DNA from: Magnetococcales bacterium
GTDB taxonomy: Bacteria; Pseudomonadota; Magnetococcia; Magnetococcales; JADFYX01
Reading direction: 5' to 3'
NCBI GenBank assembly: GCA_002753565.1
Contig: PEAM01000007.1
Span: 7,389 to 71,388 of the forward strand
Length of the DNA: 64,000 nucleotides
Shown: piece by piece, positions 32,605 through 42,737 of the stretch
How positions within the stretch are numbered: position 1 is the first letter of the stretch
Layout of the letters: each line of letters opens with the position of its first letter
Made by a program: the position numbers and the translations under genes
Notes under the pieces: model-generated
What the model was told of the DNA's origin: nothing
What the model saw: the letters and a program-made list of their open reading frames with translations, nothing else
Database searches by the model: none

Positions 32605-34182
32605 CTACATATCCAGATAGTGGGGCCCATCCCCCCCCTCAGGAGCAGACCACCTCAACTGAGGATCGGCATCTTTGATATCACACCCTTTACACTGAAG
32701 ACAGTTGCCGGGGACCATAACCGAGGAGAAAACCCCCGCCGGGCAGTAGTGGCGAAGCTGGTTATCGGCTGGGGTTGTTCTAGTGGTTTGAATATGACAG
32801 GGCTGATCCTCCTCGTAGGAGAGTGCAGCCAGATAGAGTGAGGAGGCTCTATCGAAAGTGACCAGGTCATCCACCTGAAGAGACGGTGTTGCCGGCCTGC
32901 AGGGGTGGGGGCCGGGGTCAATTCTCAGCCCTTTTTCCCGATGACTCAACGTCCACGGGGCTCTCCCCCGCAACACCCCTTGATCCACCGCCCCATGAAT
33001 CCCCCCCCCTGCCACCCCCCAACGAAAACCGGGGCGCAGATTGCGAGAACGCCAAAGGTCCCTCCAGAGCCAACTCCGCTTCAACGCGCTCGCATACTCC
33101 GAGCCTCGCTCCTCCTGCCCCTCTGTTATCAGGCCGAAGGCCGCCTCTGCTGCCAACTGCCCGGAATAGAGGGCTGTGTGGCACCCTTTCATCCGTCCCA
33201 CATCCATGGTACCCCCTGCATCACCCAGCAGCATGCCCCCCGGAAAAGTGAGCTTGGGCAGAGACTGCACCCCCCCCTCTACCAAAGTTCGAGCGCCAAA
33301 ACCGATACGCCGGCCCGATTGCAGCAGGGTACGGTGCAGAGGGTGGGTTTTAAAACGTTGAAAAAGGGCAAACAGATCCAGATTGGCTTGCTCATACTCC
33401 AGCCCCATGACCAGACCTATGGCCAACCTGTTTTGCTCTTGATGGTAGACAAAGCCCCCACCATAATGGTTGGTCGCCAAGGGCCATCCCAACGTATGCA
33501 CCACCAGCCCCGGTCTGTGCTGGGCAGAATCCACCTCCCACAACTCTTTGATACCCAAGCTGTAGCTCTGAGGCTGGCTCGCACCATCCAAGCCAAAACG
33601 GGCGATAACCTGACCGCTCAACTCCCCACGACACCCTTCAGCCAGCAGGGTCTGCCTGGCTCTGATTTTCAATCCTGGTTGGTAGTTTTTTCGCCGTTTC
33701 CCCTGTTTGTCCACCCCTTTGTCTCCACTAACCACCCCCTCTACCCCCCCCTGTTGGGAGAACAGGAGAGAGGTAGCCGCAAAACCGGGATAAATTTCAA
33801 CCCCCACCCTCTCCGCCTCACCAGCCAACCAGCGGGTCAACGCCCCCAGGCTGATCACATAACAGCCTCGGTGAAGAGACGATGGAGCGGGAAGCGGGAA
33901 GCGGCTTTTTTCTGATAACCAGAAAAACCGCTCAGAGGAGACCGGCAAACTAACCGGTGCGCCCCGGTCGGCCCAGTCGGGAATCAGCTTGTTTAAGGAT
34001 TTTGGGTCAAAAACAGCCCCAGAGAGTGTATGGGCACCAATGGTCGCCCCTTTTTCCAGCAGACAGACCGAAAGATCCTCTCCCCGCTGCCGAGCCAGTT
34101 GGCGAAGACGAATAGAGGCGGCAAGCCCAGCTGGTCCCCCCCCCACCACCACCACATCGTAGTCGACACTCTCTTCAGACAT
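32605..34182 (-). CDS. Electron-transfer flavoprotein-ubiquinone oxidoreductase
   Basis: ATG 34182 (MSEESVDYDVVVVGGGPAGLAASIRL, FAD fold); the track ORF starts at 34227. C-terminal 4Fe-4S region YCPAGVF...NCLQCKGCDIKD...WSAPEGGDGPHY. Confidence 0.9.
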   Translation of the reverse strand: MSEESVDYDVVVVGGGPAGLAASIRLRQLARQRGEDLSVCLLEKGATIGAHTLSGAVFDPKSLNKLIPDWADRGAPVSLPVSSERFFWLSEKSRFPLPAPSSLHRGCYVISLGALTRWLAGEAERVGVEIYPGFAATSLLFSQQGGVEGVVSGDKGVDKQGKRRKNYQPGLKIRARQTLLAEGCRGELSGQVIARFGLDGASQPQSYSLGIKELWEVDSAQHRPGLVVHTLGWPLATNHYGGGFVYHQEQNRLAIGLVMGLEYEQANLDLFALFQRFKTHPLHRTLLQSGRRIGFGARTLVEGGVQSLPKLTFPGGMLLGDAGGTMDVGRMKGCHTALYSGQLAAEAAFGLITEGQEERGSEYASALKRSWLWRDLWRSRNLRPGFRWGVAGGGIHGAVDQGVLRGRAPWTLSHREKGLRIDPGPHPCRPATPSLQVDDLVTFDRASSLYLAALSYEEDQPCHIQTTRTTPADNQLRHYCPAGVFSSVMVPGNCLQCKGCDIKDADPQLRWSAPEGGDGPHYLDM

Positions 34183-35377
34183 CCTGGCTCTTCTTCCCTG
34201 CGCCATACCCTTGGGCTGCTTGAGCATAAAGGTGTTGATAGTTTCTGGCCATTGATTCGGCCGAATAGTCGCGGTGAATCACCTTGGCCAGCTCCCGACC
34301 CGCCTGGACCAGTTTTTCAGGTTCGGCACTCTTCTCCACCACCAGCCGAGCAAGCTCCGTTTCACTCTCCCGAGGAAAAAGAAAACAGCCCGGCACCTCA
34401 GAAAACAGATCGGAAAAGGGAGGAATATCGGATGCGATCAGCGGTTTACCCAAGGCGCCCGCCTCTAACAGAACATAGGGCAGCCCTTCAGAGCGTGAAG
34501 GAACAAGCAGGGCCATGGCTCTGTGCAGGATGGGCAGCATACGGGATGGGGGTTGTACCCCCAAAAAATGGATATGATCCACCACCTCTTTCTGGCTGGC
34601 ACGCTCGCGAACCTGCTCGGCAAAGGCCTCTTCGCCCACCATGCTGGGGTGACCGACAATCACCAGGTGCAACTCTGGCTGCTCCCGGACCACCCTCTCC
34701 CAGGCCGCCACCGCCACATCCTGTCCTTTCACCGGCAAAAGATGACCCACCAACAAAAAATAGCGCTCCGGCAGAGAGAGAGAACAGGAAGATTGGGCCA
34801 GCTTGGCAACGCTCTTGCCATCAATACCATTGCCAATAACCGAGCCGCTCACCTCAGGAACATGCTGTTTCAAGGCAGAGAGAAGCGGCGCAGAGACACA
34901 ACTGATAGCGTCTACACGACGGAGAACAAAGCGGTTAATCCAACGCTGCACAGGCCTGCGCTGGGCAAACTTAAGCATTTCGGAGCCATGGAGAGTAAGC
35001 ACACAGGGCAGGGAGAGATACCGCGCCAACAGGAGAAAAAAGAGCTGATGATCATAGAGACCGTTGAGATGGATCACCTCTATTTTCTCTTCTCTAACCA
35101 GACGCAACAGCTCTCGCCAGCTTTGAGGAAACGCCCACAACCAAGCCAAAAACCCTCGAATCGGACGCCGCCTGTCCCAGGGCATTCGCACCCGCTTACA
35201 ACAGTGAACAACCCCCTCTTCCACCCGAGAGTGCCACTGGGCATCCTCCCACAACCCCACCCGAAACAGCACCACCCCGCCACTGTTTGCCAAGCTGTTG
35301 GATAAGGTCGAAACCATGGTATGAATACCCCCCTTCACATGGTTAAACAGCAGGTGGTAGACAATTAACGGTTTCAT
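34175..35377 (-). CDS. GT-B glycosyltransferase (GT4-like)
   Basis: E-x7-E motif SEGLPYVLLEAGALGKPLIASD. ATG 35377 (MKPLIVYHLL...) preferred over the TTG at 35416. The 3' end overlaps the ETF-QO start by 8 nt. Confidence 0.85.
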   Translation of the reverse strand: MKPLIVYHLLFNHVKGGIHTMVSTLSNSLANSGGVVLFRVGLWEDAQWHSRVEEGVVHCCKRVRMPWDRRRPIRGFLAWLWAFPQSWRELLRLVREEKIEVIHLNGLYDHQLFFLLLARYLSLPCVLTLHGSEMLKFAQRRPVQRWINRFVLRRVDAISCVSAPLLSALKQHVPEVSGSVIGNGIDGKSVAKLAQSSCSLSLPERYFLLVGHLLPVKGQDVAVAAWERVVREQPELHLVIVGHPSMVGEEAFAEQVRERASQKEVVDHIHFLGVQPPSRMLPILHRAMALLVPSRSEGLPYVLLEAGALGKPLIASDIPPFSDLFSEVPGCFLFPRESETELARLVVEKSAEPEKLVQAGRELAKVIHRDYSAESMARNYQHLYAQAAQGYGAGKKSQDV

Positions 35378-35516
35378 GGACTTTTTTATCTCTTTTGTAT
35401 AAAACTTTGTTGGCAATAATTCTTATCTGCATGGAACCATTCCCTCACAACCCTGTCTTACCTTATAACGGACCGGGTTTACTTGTTGCCTCTCCTCAAC
35501 CCGGCTTCGTTCGACT

Positions 35517-35551
35517 GGGCTTCCACCCCCTCCCCCCCCCATCGGAAGCCC
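35517..35551 (-). terminator. GC-clamped hairpin with homopolymeric loop downstream of the aminotransferase gene
   Basis: GGGCTTCC (35517-35524) / GGAAGCCC (35544-35551), loop ACCCCCTCCCCCCCCCATC. There is no U-tract on the minus strand, so its function is uncertain. Confidence 0.3.
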
Positions 35552-35573
35552 GGCCGTGTTTCAACCTGCTTCT

Positions 35574-36770
35574 CTATACCTCCAAAGGTAGAGGAGCAGG
35601 TTTTTTTTGGCCCAAAAACTGCCCGATTCGAGAGACCCCCTCCTCAATGGCTGAAAAGTTCGTGGCATAGGAAAAACGCACATGAACATCGGCCCGAAAC
35701 TGTCCAAAATCCAGACCTGGGGTTACGGCAACTCCGGCCTCCTCCAAAAGAAGCCGACAAAAGGTCTGAGCATCGGCCAGACCGGTCTCTGCCAAAATCC
35801 GGGTCACATCCGCATAGATATAAAAGGCCCCCAGGGGCTCTACAGGAATGATAAAACCCAGTTCTTTAAGGGCAGCCATCAGATAGCACCGGTTTTTATC
35901 ATAGATTGTCAGCTGATCTTGGAAAGCATCCCCACACTCAAACGCCGCCAGAGCAGCCTGTTGAGACAGGGTGGAGGCGCTGATAAAGAGGTTCTGCTGC
36001 AGCATCTCCACCGAACGCATGGCCTCCTCAGGAACCACCATCCACCCCAACCGCCAACCGGTCATGGCAAAATATTTTGAAAAACCGTGGATGACTATGG
36101 CTTGGTCGGAAAAATTCAGCGCACTCTTTGCCGGCTCTCCATAGGTGATACCGTGGTAGATCTCATCGGAAATCACCACCCCCTTTTCAGACTCCAACAG
36201 AGCGATCACCTCGGCAAAAGAGCGGTTGGGGATCAAGGTTCCGGTGGGGTTGGACGGGCTGGTGATCAACCCCCCTCGCAAACCCGAAGAGAGATGCGGC
36301 AACAGAAGGGGGGCGCTGAGTTGGTAGTGGTGTTCCGGCCCAACCGGAATACGCACCGGCACCCCGCCCAGCAGTTGAATCATATTCGGGTAACAGGGAT
36401 AACCAGGGTCGGAGATAGCCAATCGATCACCAGGATTCAGCACAATGCCAAAGGCCAGAAGAAAAGCCCCGGAGGTTCCCGGTGTGATGATGATCCGTTG
36501 AGGTGAGATATCCACCCCATATTGAGTCCCATACCAACGGGCGATGCGTTGACGAAGGACCAGGCTCCCCTTGGCCTCGGTATAGCGGGTCTGATCCCGA
36601 TCCAAAGCTCGGTGAGCCGCCTCTAACACCGGTGCTGGCGTTGGAAAGTCAGGCTCCCCCACCTCCAGACGAACAATATCCCGCCCCTGGGCCACCAACA
36701 CCTTGGCCCTCTGCAGCACCTCCATGACATAAAAGGGCTGGATATCCGCCAGTTTTTCTGCCCACTCCAT
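35574..36770 (-). CDS. Class I/II PLP-dependent aminotransferase (AspC-like)
   Basis: 398 aa. SPSNPTGT, and SKYFAMTGWRLGWMVVP (PLP-lysine motif). Confidence 0.9.
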   Translation of the reverse strand: MEWAEKLADIQPFYVMEVLQRAKVLVAQGRDIVRLEVGEPDFPTPAPVLEAAHRALDRDQTRYTEAKGSLVLRQRIARWYGTQYGVDISPQRIIITPGTSGAFLLAFGIVLNPGDRLAISDPGYPCYPNMIQLLGGVPVRIPVGPEHHYQLSAPLLLPHLSSGLRGGLITSPSNPTGTLIPNRSFAEVIALLESEKGVVISDEIYHGITYGEPAKSALNFSDQAIVIHGFSKYFAMTGWRLGWMVVPEEAMRSVEMLQQNLFISASTLSQQAALAAFECGDAFQDQLTIYDKNRCYLMAALKELGFIIPVEPLGAFYIYADVTRILAETGLADAQTFCRLLLEEAGVAVTPGLDFGQFRADVHVRFSYATNFSAIEEGVSRIGQFLGQKKPAPLPLEV

Positions 36771-36807
36771 CGTAACGATTCACCCTCCGACATAATTGCT
36801 ACATTGG

Positions 36808-37203
36808 CTACATCAGCCGACACTCTCGCAGTTTTCCAAAGAGGGTCTCCTTGGAAAAAGGCTTTTCGATGTAGTCCGTACACCCCCCTTTGAAAAAAGC
36901 ATCCAGAACATCTCGAGGAGAGCTGGCCGCCGTCACCATGATGATCACTGCCTCATTCTCACCAGAGAGATCATAAGAGGCCTCCCTGGTCCGGATCTCC
37001 TTCAAAACCTCCTGACCGTCCATACCCGGCATCATGATATCGAGCAGAACCAGATCATAGGGGCTATCTTCAAAAATAGCCGCCTCAAACAGCTCCAAGG
37101 CGTCTGTTCCGTTAGAGACCATATCGCACGCCTCTTCATGGGCCAGCAGATCTCTCAACAGTTTTCTATTTTCAAACAGATCATCAACAATCAAGATTTT
37201 CAT
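36808..37203 (-). CDS. Single-domain CheY-like response regulator
   Basis: MKILIVDDLFENRKLL...DLVLLDIMMPGMDG...MVTA...KP. 131 aa. ATGA overlap with the kinase gene. Confidence 0.9.
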   Translation of the reverse strand: MKILIVDDLFENRKLLRDLLAHEEACDMVSNGTDALELFEAAIFEDSPYDLVLLDIMMPGMDGQEVLKEIRTREASYDLSGENEAVIIMVTAASSPRDVLDAFFKGGCTDYIEKPFSKETLFGKLRECRLM

Positions 37204-40200
37204 AGTCCACTTTCCCGTTGGGCTAAAGCACGAACCACTTTTTCGAACTCGATATCCAAATCATCAATCAGGGACGAGGCATCATCCCAGTTTTTCATCT
37301 CTACCTTCCCGTACAGGCGAATCGCCTTCACGTTCAACCGTGCAGCCCCCACATTCGACCCAGCCACCTTGAACCAACCGGCCTCTTTCAACATTTTTCC
37401 CGATTGACGTTCCACCAACGCCTGCCGCAACCCCTTCAGCCGTTTGGGCCCCTCTTGCAAAAGGGTTTCCCGATAGCTTTGCAGACGCACCGCCTCCCCC
37501 TCTGTCGGTATCAGAATGGGCATTTTTGCCTTTTTGCCGCCTGTTTTTCTTTTGGGCTTATCTCTCTTTATATAAGGTTCTATGGCTCGAAGCAATTCTG
37601 CCCCTCGATAAGGTTTGCGCAAATAGCCATTCATGCCAACCGCCAGACACTTTTTCTCCTCCGTAGGCATAATACGCGCGGTGACGGCAATAATGGGAAT
37701 CTGCGGGTCCCACCCCCCAACACCCGCCCCCCGACGAATCTGCTCCGTCGCCTGATAACCATCCATTATCGGCATCTGCAGGTCCATCAATACCAGATCG
37801 TAGCGACCCAAAGCCAACTTTTCCAAAGCCTCCTGACCATCCTGGGCCAGAGCAACCACATGGCCTCTCTTCTCCAATAGTCCGGCAGCCAGCTTTTGGT
37901 TATTGACCAGATCATCCACCAACAGGATATGAAGAGGCTTCCCATCCCGAGAGATCACAGAGAAAGCGTCATCCCCCCTGTCGGGCTCTACCACAGCCCG
38001 CCCCAACAGTTGATCAATTCCCTTCAAAAGGCTGGATAGCTTGACCGGTTTTTTCACCAAACCAACCTTTGCCATCCGGGTACTGGATGTCAGCTCAGCC
38101 ACCTGGATATGGGTAGGGATCATCAGCAAAATCTTACTTCTCCCCAAGGGGGATTGTTCCCAGGAGCCCTTTTCAGAAAACTCAGAAACAGAGAAGGCCT
38201 GGTCTAAAACAACCAGATCGAAGGGTCTCTTCTCTTCCGAAGCCTGGGTCAGAGACGACAGCAGTGAGAGACGACTATCGGCCTGCACCACCTCTCCACC
38301 ATGGTCAGTGACCATCCGGCCCACAACCCTGCGACCACACTTGTTACGGTCGCCAATCAGCAAGCGTACCCCTTGCAGGTGAGAGGAAGAGGGTGGCACG
38401 GGGTGGGGCGGCGGCAGGCCGGTCTGTTTACCACGTCCAAATCGGGCCGTAAAATGGACGGTACTCCCCGCTCCCTCCTCACTCTCCAACCAGATCTCCC
38501 CCTCCATCATCTCTACCAGACGCTTGGAGATGGTCAAACCGAGGCCGGTTCCACCATACTTTCTGGTGGTGGAGCCATCCCCTTGGGTAAACTGCTCAAA
38601 AATAACCGCTGTCCGATCAACCGGAATACCCACACCGGTATCCACCACCCGAAAATGGAGCAGAACCGTCTCCTCCCCCGCCCCAGCCTCCTCCACCCTG
38701 TCTACACAAACCATCACCTCCCCTTCCAAGGTAAATTTGATGGCATTATTGACCAGATTGGTGACAATCTGGTTGAGGCGAAGAGCGTCTCCAATCAGGG
38801 GGGGGATATCCGGGGCTATGTCACAAAAAAGTTCCAACTCCTTTTGGTGAGCCTGAACGGCCAAGCCTTCACAACTGCTCTCTACCCGACCACGCAGATC
38901 GAAAGGGTGTTGTTCCAAACAGAGTTGCCCCGCCTCTATTTTAGAAAAATCCAGCACATCGTTGATCAACCCGAGTAGCTGGTTGGCAGAGTTGTGGACA
39001 ATCTCCAGGTTTTCCTGCTGATCAGCAGTCAGATCGGACATCAGAACCAACTCGGTCATCCCCATGATGGCATTCATGGGGCTGCGAATTTCATGGCTCA
39101 TGTTGGCAAGAAACTCATCTTTGGAGCGGTTGGCCGACTCGGCCACCTCCAGGGTATCCTGGAGAGACATCAACAACTGCTTACGGTCGGTAATATCCCT
39201 TAAAAATCCGGTATAATTCAGTTTGCCACCCCGATACATGGCGGTCAAACCAATCTCCAGATCCACCATTTTTCCATCCGCCCGCTTACCGGAGACCTCT
39301 ACCCGACGTTTGACCACGGGGGGGATATCGGTTTCGGCAGCATGACGGCTCAAAGCCGACAGATGGGCTTGGCGGTACTCATCCGGAATAATCAAATCTG
39401 CCACATCTTTGCCGACCGCCTCTTGGGCCGAAAAACCAAACAGCTTCTCCGCAGCCGGATTGAACTCTCGAATCAGCCCATTTTTCTCAATGGTAATAAT
39501 GGCATCCAAAGCATTATCCAAAATAGCCCGTATATGAGACTCCCGATCTTTGAGTTGGGCATAGGCAACCGCCAGTTTTTGTTCGTAGGAGCGGCGTTCG
39601 GTAATATCCTGTACGGTTCCAACCATTCGAACCGGCTCACCGCCATCATCCCAAAACACCTCTCCCATCTCATGAACCGTTCTCTCCACACCACTTGGAC
39701 GGCAGACACGGTGTTCCAGATTATAGTTAACGGAGGGGTCCTCCAAGGCTTGGGAGATGGCTTGCTGCACCGTCATTCGATCATCGGGATGAACAGCCTG
39801 AAGAAAGCCTTCATAGGTTGCCGGGAACCCCTCATCAGTATACCCGAAAATGGTGTAGATCTCATCCGACCAGCTCACGGTATTGTTGACAATATCCCAA
39901 TCCCAATTTCCCAACCGGGCTATCTGCTGGGATTTAACCAGACTATCCCGGTTTCTTTTCAGCTCGGAAAAGGCCTCCAGGGTTTTGTTTTCGGCCTCCT
40001 GGCGTTTGGCTACCTCTTGCTCCAGTGGAATAACCGCCGTCTGTCGCAACAACCCCCACAAGGCGAGGCCGAACAGCGTGGTAATAAAGGTGGAAATCGC
40101 CCACATGGTGGTCGTAAGGCCACGAATGGAGTCTGAAACAAAGTCCAGATCATGCTTGATGTGAAGGGTTAAAATCTTTTTCTGCTGAGAATAGAGGGTC

Positions 40201-40541
40201 TCTTTGTGAACAAGAAAGGCCTCTGCCGGTTGCAGACGTTGATACGCCATCAAGAGGGTACCGTTGGCCATCACGACGCGCATCTCAACAATCTCGTGTT
40301 GGCTTTTTCCCCACTGCAGCAAAAATTTTTCGATGTTGGTCAGGTCATCCTGCAGAATCGACTCATTAAGCACCTCCTTGATAAGCTTCATCTCTTGGTG
40401 AAAATGGTCGTGATACTCCTCATCCAGATACTTCTGATGGCTGAGCAGAATAAAATAGGCATTGGTGGCCAGAAAGAGCGCCATTAAAGCAATAAAGGGG
40501 ATTAATCCCGGATAGTTGGCAAGAAAAGCGAGCCGCTTCAT
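37200..40541 (-). CDS. Hybrid sensor histidine kinase (TM sensor, PAS x2, HisKA, HATPase, receiver(s), Hpt-like tail)
   Basis: ATG 40541 preceded by GAAGGAG; the track ORF starts at 40619. H-box LANMSHEIRSPMNAIMG. N/G boxes NLVNNAIKFT, DTGVGI, GGTGLGL. Receiver ILLVDDLVNNQ...DLVLMDLQMPIMDG. Confidence 0.9.
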   Translation of the reverse strand: MKRLAFLANYPGLIPFIALMALFLATNAYFILLSHQKYLDEEYHDHFHQEMKLIKEVLNESILQDDLTNIEKFLLQWGKSQHEIVEMRVVMANGTLLMAYQRLQPAEAFLVHKETLYSQQKKILTLHIKHDLDFVSDSIRGLTTTMWAISTFITTLFGLALWGLLRQTAVIPLEQEVAKRQEAENKTLEAFSELKRNRDSLVKSQQIARLGNWDWDIVNNTVSWSDEIYTIFGYTDEGFPATYEGFLQAVHPDDRMTVQQAISQALEDPSVNYNLEHRVCRPSGVERTVHEMGEVFWDDGGEPVRMVGTVQDITERRSYEQKLAVAYAQLKDRESHIRAILDNALDAIITIEKNGLIREFNPAAEKLFGFSAQEAVGKDVADLIIPDEYRQAHLSALSRHAAETDIPPVVKRRVEVSGKRADGKMVDLEIGLTAMYRGGKLNYTGFLRDITDRKQLLMSLQDTLEVAESANRSKDEFLANMSHEIRSPMNAIMGMTELVLMSDLTADQQENLEIVHNSANQLLGLINDVLDFSKIEAGQLCLEQHPFDLRGRVESSCEGLAVQAHQKELELFCDIAPDIPPLIGDALRLNQIVTNLVNNAIKFTLEGEVMVCVDRVEEAGAGEETVLLHFRVVDTGVGIPVDRTAVIFEQFTQGDGSTTRKYGGTGLGLTISKRLVEMMEGEIWLESEEGAGSTVHFTARFGRGKQTGLPPPHPVPPSSSHLQGVRLLIGDRNKCGRRVVGRMVTDHGGEVVQADSRLSLLSSLTQASEEKRPFDLVVLDQAFSVSEFSEKGSWEQSPLGRSKILLMIPTHIQVAELTSSTRMAKVGLVKKPVKLSSLLKGIDQLLGRAVVEPDRGDDAFSVISRDGKPLHILLVDDLVNNQKLAAGLLEKRGHVVALAQDGQEALEKLALGRYDLVLMDLQMPIMDGYQATEQIRRGAGVGGWDPQIPIIAVTARIMPTEEKKCLAVGMNGYLRKPYRGAELLRAIEPYIKRDKPKRKTGGKKAKMPILIPTEGEAVRLQSYRETLLQEGPKRLKGLRQALVERQSGKMLKEAGWFKVAGSNVGAARLNVKAIRLYGKVEMKNWDDASSLIDDLDIEFEKVVRALAQRESGL

Positions 40542-40694
40542 AGAACTCCTTCTCGATGGGTTACTCAGAAGAAATATCCCCCATCCAACCTGATACCCCT
40601 TCCTGGATGGCGGTCTCATAGAGCTACCAGAAAGCCCATATTACCACTTTCTCACCCATGACGTTAGAGAAGAATTGTCTGGGGAGAGGCAGCG

Positions 40695-42737
40695 TTAGAG
40701 AAGTAACAGCTCTTTTTCCAACGACAGCAGTCGGTCTCGATAGGTGGCAGCCAGTTCAAACTCCATCTCTTTGGCTGCCTGACGCATCCTTTTTTCCAAC
40801 GCCTTGATCTCCTTCTCCAACACCTCCTTAGAGCGAGAAACCCGGTAGCCACCTCCCTCTTCCGCCACACGAGAGACAGAGAGGGGTTGCGTTTGAAAAC
40901 CACCCCCCCCCGGCTCCTGGCTCTGCTCCGCCATTCCGGGAAAGCTGGGGAGTGCTGTGGTAACCGAACTGGGTTGAATACCATGCTCCTGGTTATAGGC
41001 CTTCTGTATGACACGGCGACGATCGGTCTCTGCCAGCGCTCTGCTCATGGAGCCGGTCATCTTGTCCGCATACAGAATAACAAACCCTTCTACATTCCTG
41101 GCTGCCCGACCAATGGTCTGGATCAAGGCTGTCTGAGAACGAAGAAAGCCCTCTTTATCCGCATCCAAAATCGCCACCAACCCCACCTCGGGAATATCCA
41201 ACCCCTCCCGCAACAGGTTGATCCCCACCAAGACATGAAAAACACCCAGACGGAGATCTCGGACAATTTCCAGCCGCTCCAGGGTATCCACATCCGAATG
41301 GAGGTAGCGAACCTTAACCCCCAAATTGTCCAAATAGTCGGTCAGATCCTCCGCCATTCGCTTGGTCAGAGTGGTCACCAAAACCCGAAACCCCCTGGCA
41401 ACGACCAGACGGATCTCGTTGAGCAGATCGTCCACCTGATTCTCTACCGGCCGAACCACCACCTCAGGCTCTAAAAGCCCGGTAGGCCGCACAATCTGCT
41501 CGACAACATGGCCCTCACTCCGTGCCACCTCTAACGGGGCCGGGGTAGCAGAAACGTAGATGGTATCAGGGCGCAACCCATCAAACTCTTCCATTTTCAG
41601 CGGTCGATTATCCATGGCTGAAGGGAGTCGAAAACCATACTCTACCAAGGTGTTTTTTCGGGATCGATCCCCTTTGTACATGCCACCAATCTGGGGGGTG
41701 GTTACATGGCTCTCATCAATAAACAACAGGGTGTTTTCAGGCAGATATTCAATCAGGGTTGGTGGAGGCTCTCCGGCATTTCGATTGCTGAGATAGCGAC
41801 TGTAGTTTTCAATGCCTGTACAGTAGCCCACCTCCTGCATCATCTCCAGATCAAACAGGGTCCGCCCCTCAACACGTTGTGCCTCCAGATGTTTACCCTC
41901 ATCCCGAAACCAATCAACCCGCTGCGCCAGCTCAACTTTGATCTGATCCATGGCGCGTAACAGCGTCGCCCGTTTGGTGGCGTAGTGGCTGGCGGGAAAA
42001 AAAACCATCCTCTCCAGCTTATCCCCACTCCGACCGGTCAGGGGATCCACATATCCCATCCGATCGATCACATCACCAAACATCTCAATCCGAACCGCCT
42101 TTTCCTCTTCATGGGGGGGGAATATTTCAATGGTGTCGCCACGCACCCGAAAGGTCCCTCGTTGAAAATCGATATCGTTACGTCGAAATTGAATCTCCAC
42201 CAATTTTTTCAACAACAGCCGCTGGTCAATCTCCTGACCGACAAACAGCATCAGAGACATCTCCTGATAGGAGTCAGGAGAGCCAATACCATAGATACAG
42301 GAGACAGAAGAGACAATAATCACATCCTCTCGGGAGAGGAGAGAACGGGTAGCGGAGTGGCGCATGCGGTCGATCTGCTCGTTGATCGATGAATCTTTTT
42401 CTATAAAGGTATCGGTCCGGGGAACATAGGCTTCCGGCTGGTAATAATCGTAGTAGGAGACAAAATATTCTACGGCGTTCTCGGGGAAAAAACCCTGCAT
42501 CTCGCTATAAAGCTGCCCGGCCAGGGTCTTGTTGTGGGCCAGGATAAGGGCCGGTCGCCCGGTATCCCGGATAATGTTGGCCATGGTAAAGGTTTTGCCA
42601 GAGCCGGTCACACCCAACAACACCTGATCCCGCCTCGATTGGTTCAACCCCTCAATCAGTTGCGCGATGGCTTTGGGTTGATCCCCCTGTGGTTGGTAGT
42701 CTGAATAGAGTTTAAACAGGCTGTTCTTACGGCTCAT
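40695..42737 (-). CDS. uvrB: Excinuclease ABC subunit B
   Basis: ATG 42737 ([24 protein letters not shown]...). Walker [16 protein letters not shown], helicase motifs, and a C-terminal UVR domain ([18 protein letters not shown]). The track ORF N-extension to 42818 overlaps the upstream gene. Confidence 0.95.
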   Translation of the reverse strand: MSRKNSLFKLYSDYQPQGDQPKAIAQLIEGLNQSRRDQVLLGVTGSGKTFTMANIIRDTGRPALILAHNKTLAGQLYSEMQGFFPENAVEYFVSYYDYYQPEAYVPRTDTFIEKDSSINEQIDRMRHSATRSLLSREDVIIVSSVSCIYGIGSPDSYQEMSLMLFVGQEIDQRLLLKKLVEIQFRRNDIDFQRGTFRVRGDTIEIFPPHEEEKAVRIEMFGDVIDRMGYVDPLTGRSGDKLERMVFFPASHYATKRATLLRAMDQIKVELAQRVDWFRDEGKHLEAQRVEGRTLFDLEMMQEVGYCTGIENYSRYLSNRNAGEPPPTLIEYLPENTLLFIDESHVTTPQIGGMYKGDRSRKNTLVEYGFRLPSAMDNRPLKMEEFDGLRPDTIYVSATPAPLEVARSEGHVVEQIVRPTGLLEPEVVVRPVENQVDDLLNEIRLVVARGFRVLVTTLTKRMAEDLTDYLDNLGVKVRYLHSDVDTLERLEIVRDLRLGVFHVLVGINLLREGLDIPEVGLVAILDADKEGFLRSQTALIQTIGRAARNVEGFVILYADKMTGSMSRALAETDRRRVIQKAYNQEHGIQPSSVTTALPSFPGMAEQSQEPGGGGFQTQPLSVSRVAEEGGGYRVSRSKEVLEKEIKALEKRMRQAAKEMEFELAATYRDRLLSLEKELLLL

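Noticed and set aside
32905-35305. Long plus-strand ORFs (32905-33915, 34030-34839, 34523-35305) antisense to ETF-QO and the glycosyltransferase
   Set aside because: They are extremely Pro/Arg/Gly-rich, lack starts with an RBS, and overlap strongly supported minus-strand genes (FAD fold, 4Fe-4S, E-x7-E motifs).
39342-40136. 264-aa ORF antisense to the histidine kinase. Similar antisense ORFs lie at 1916-2584, 15747-16409, 27436-28188, 38301-38978, 43057-43812, 44480-45271, 56663-57316 and 61947-62708.
   Set aside because: All lie opposite genes with clear family motifs, and none shows a motif, signal peptide or plausible RBS. I treat them as frame artefacts.
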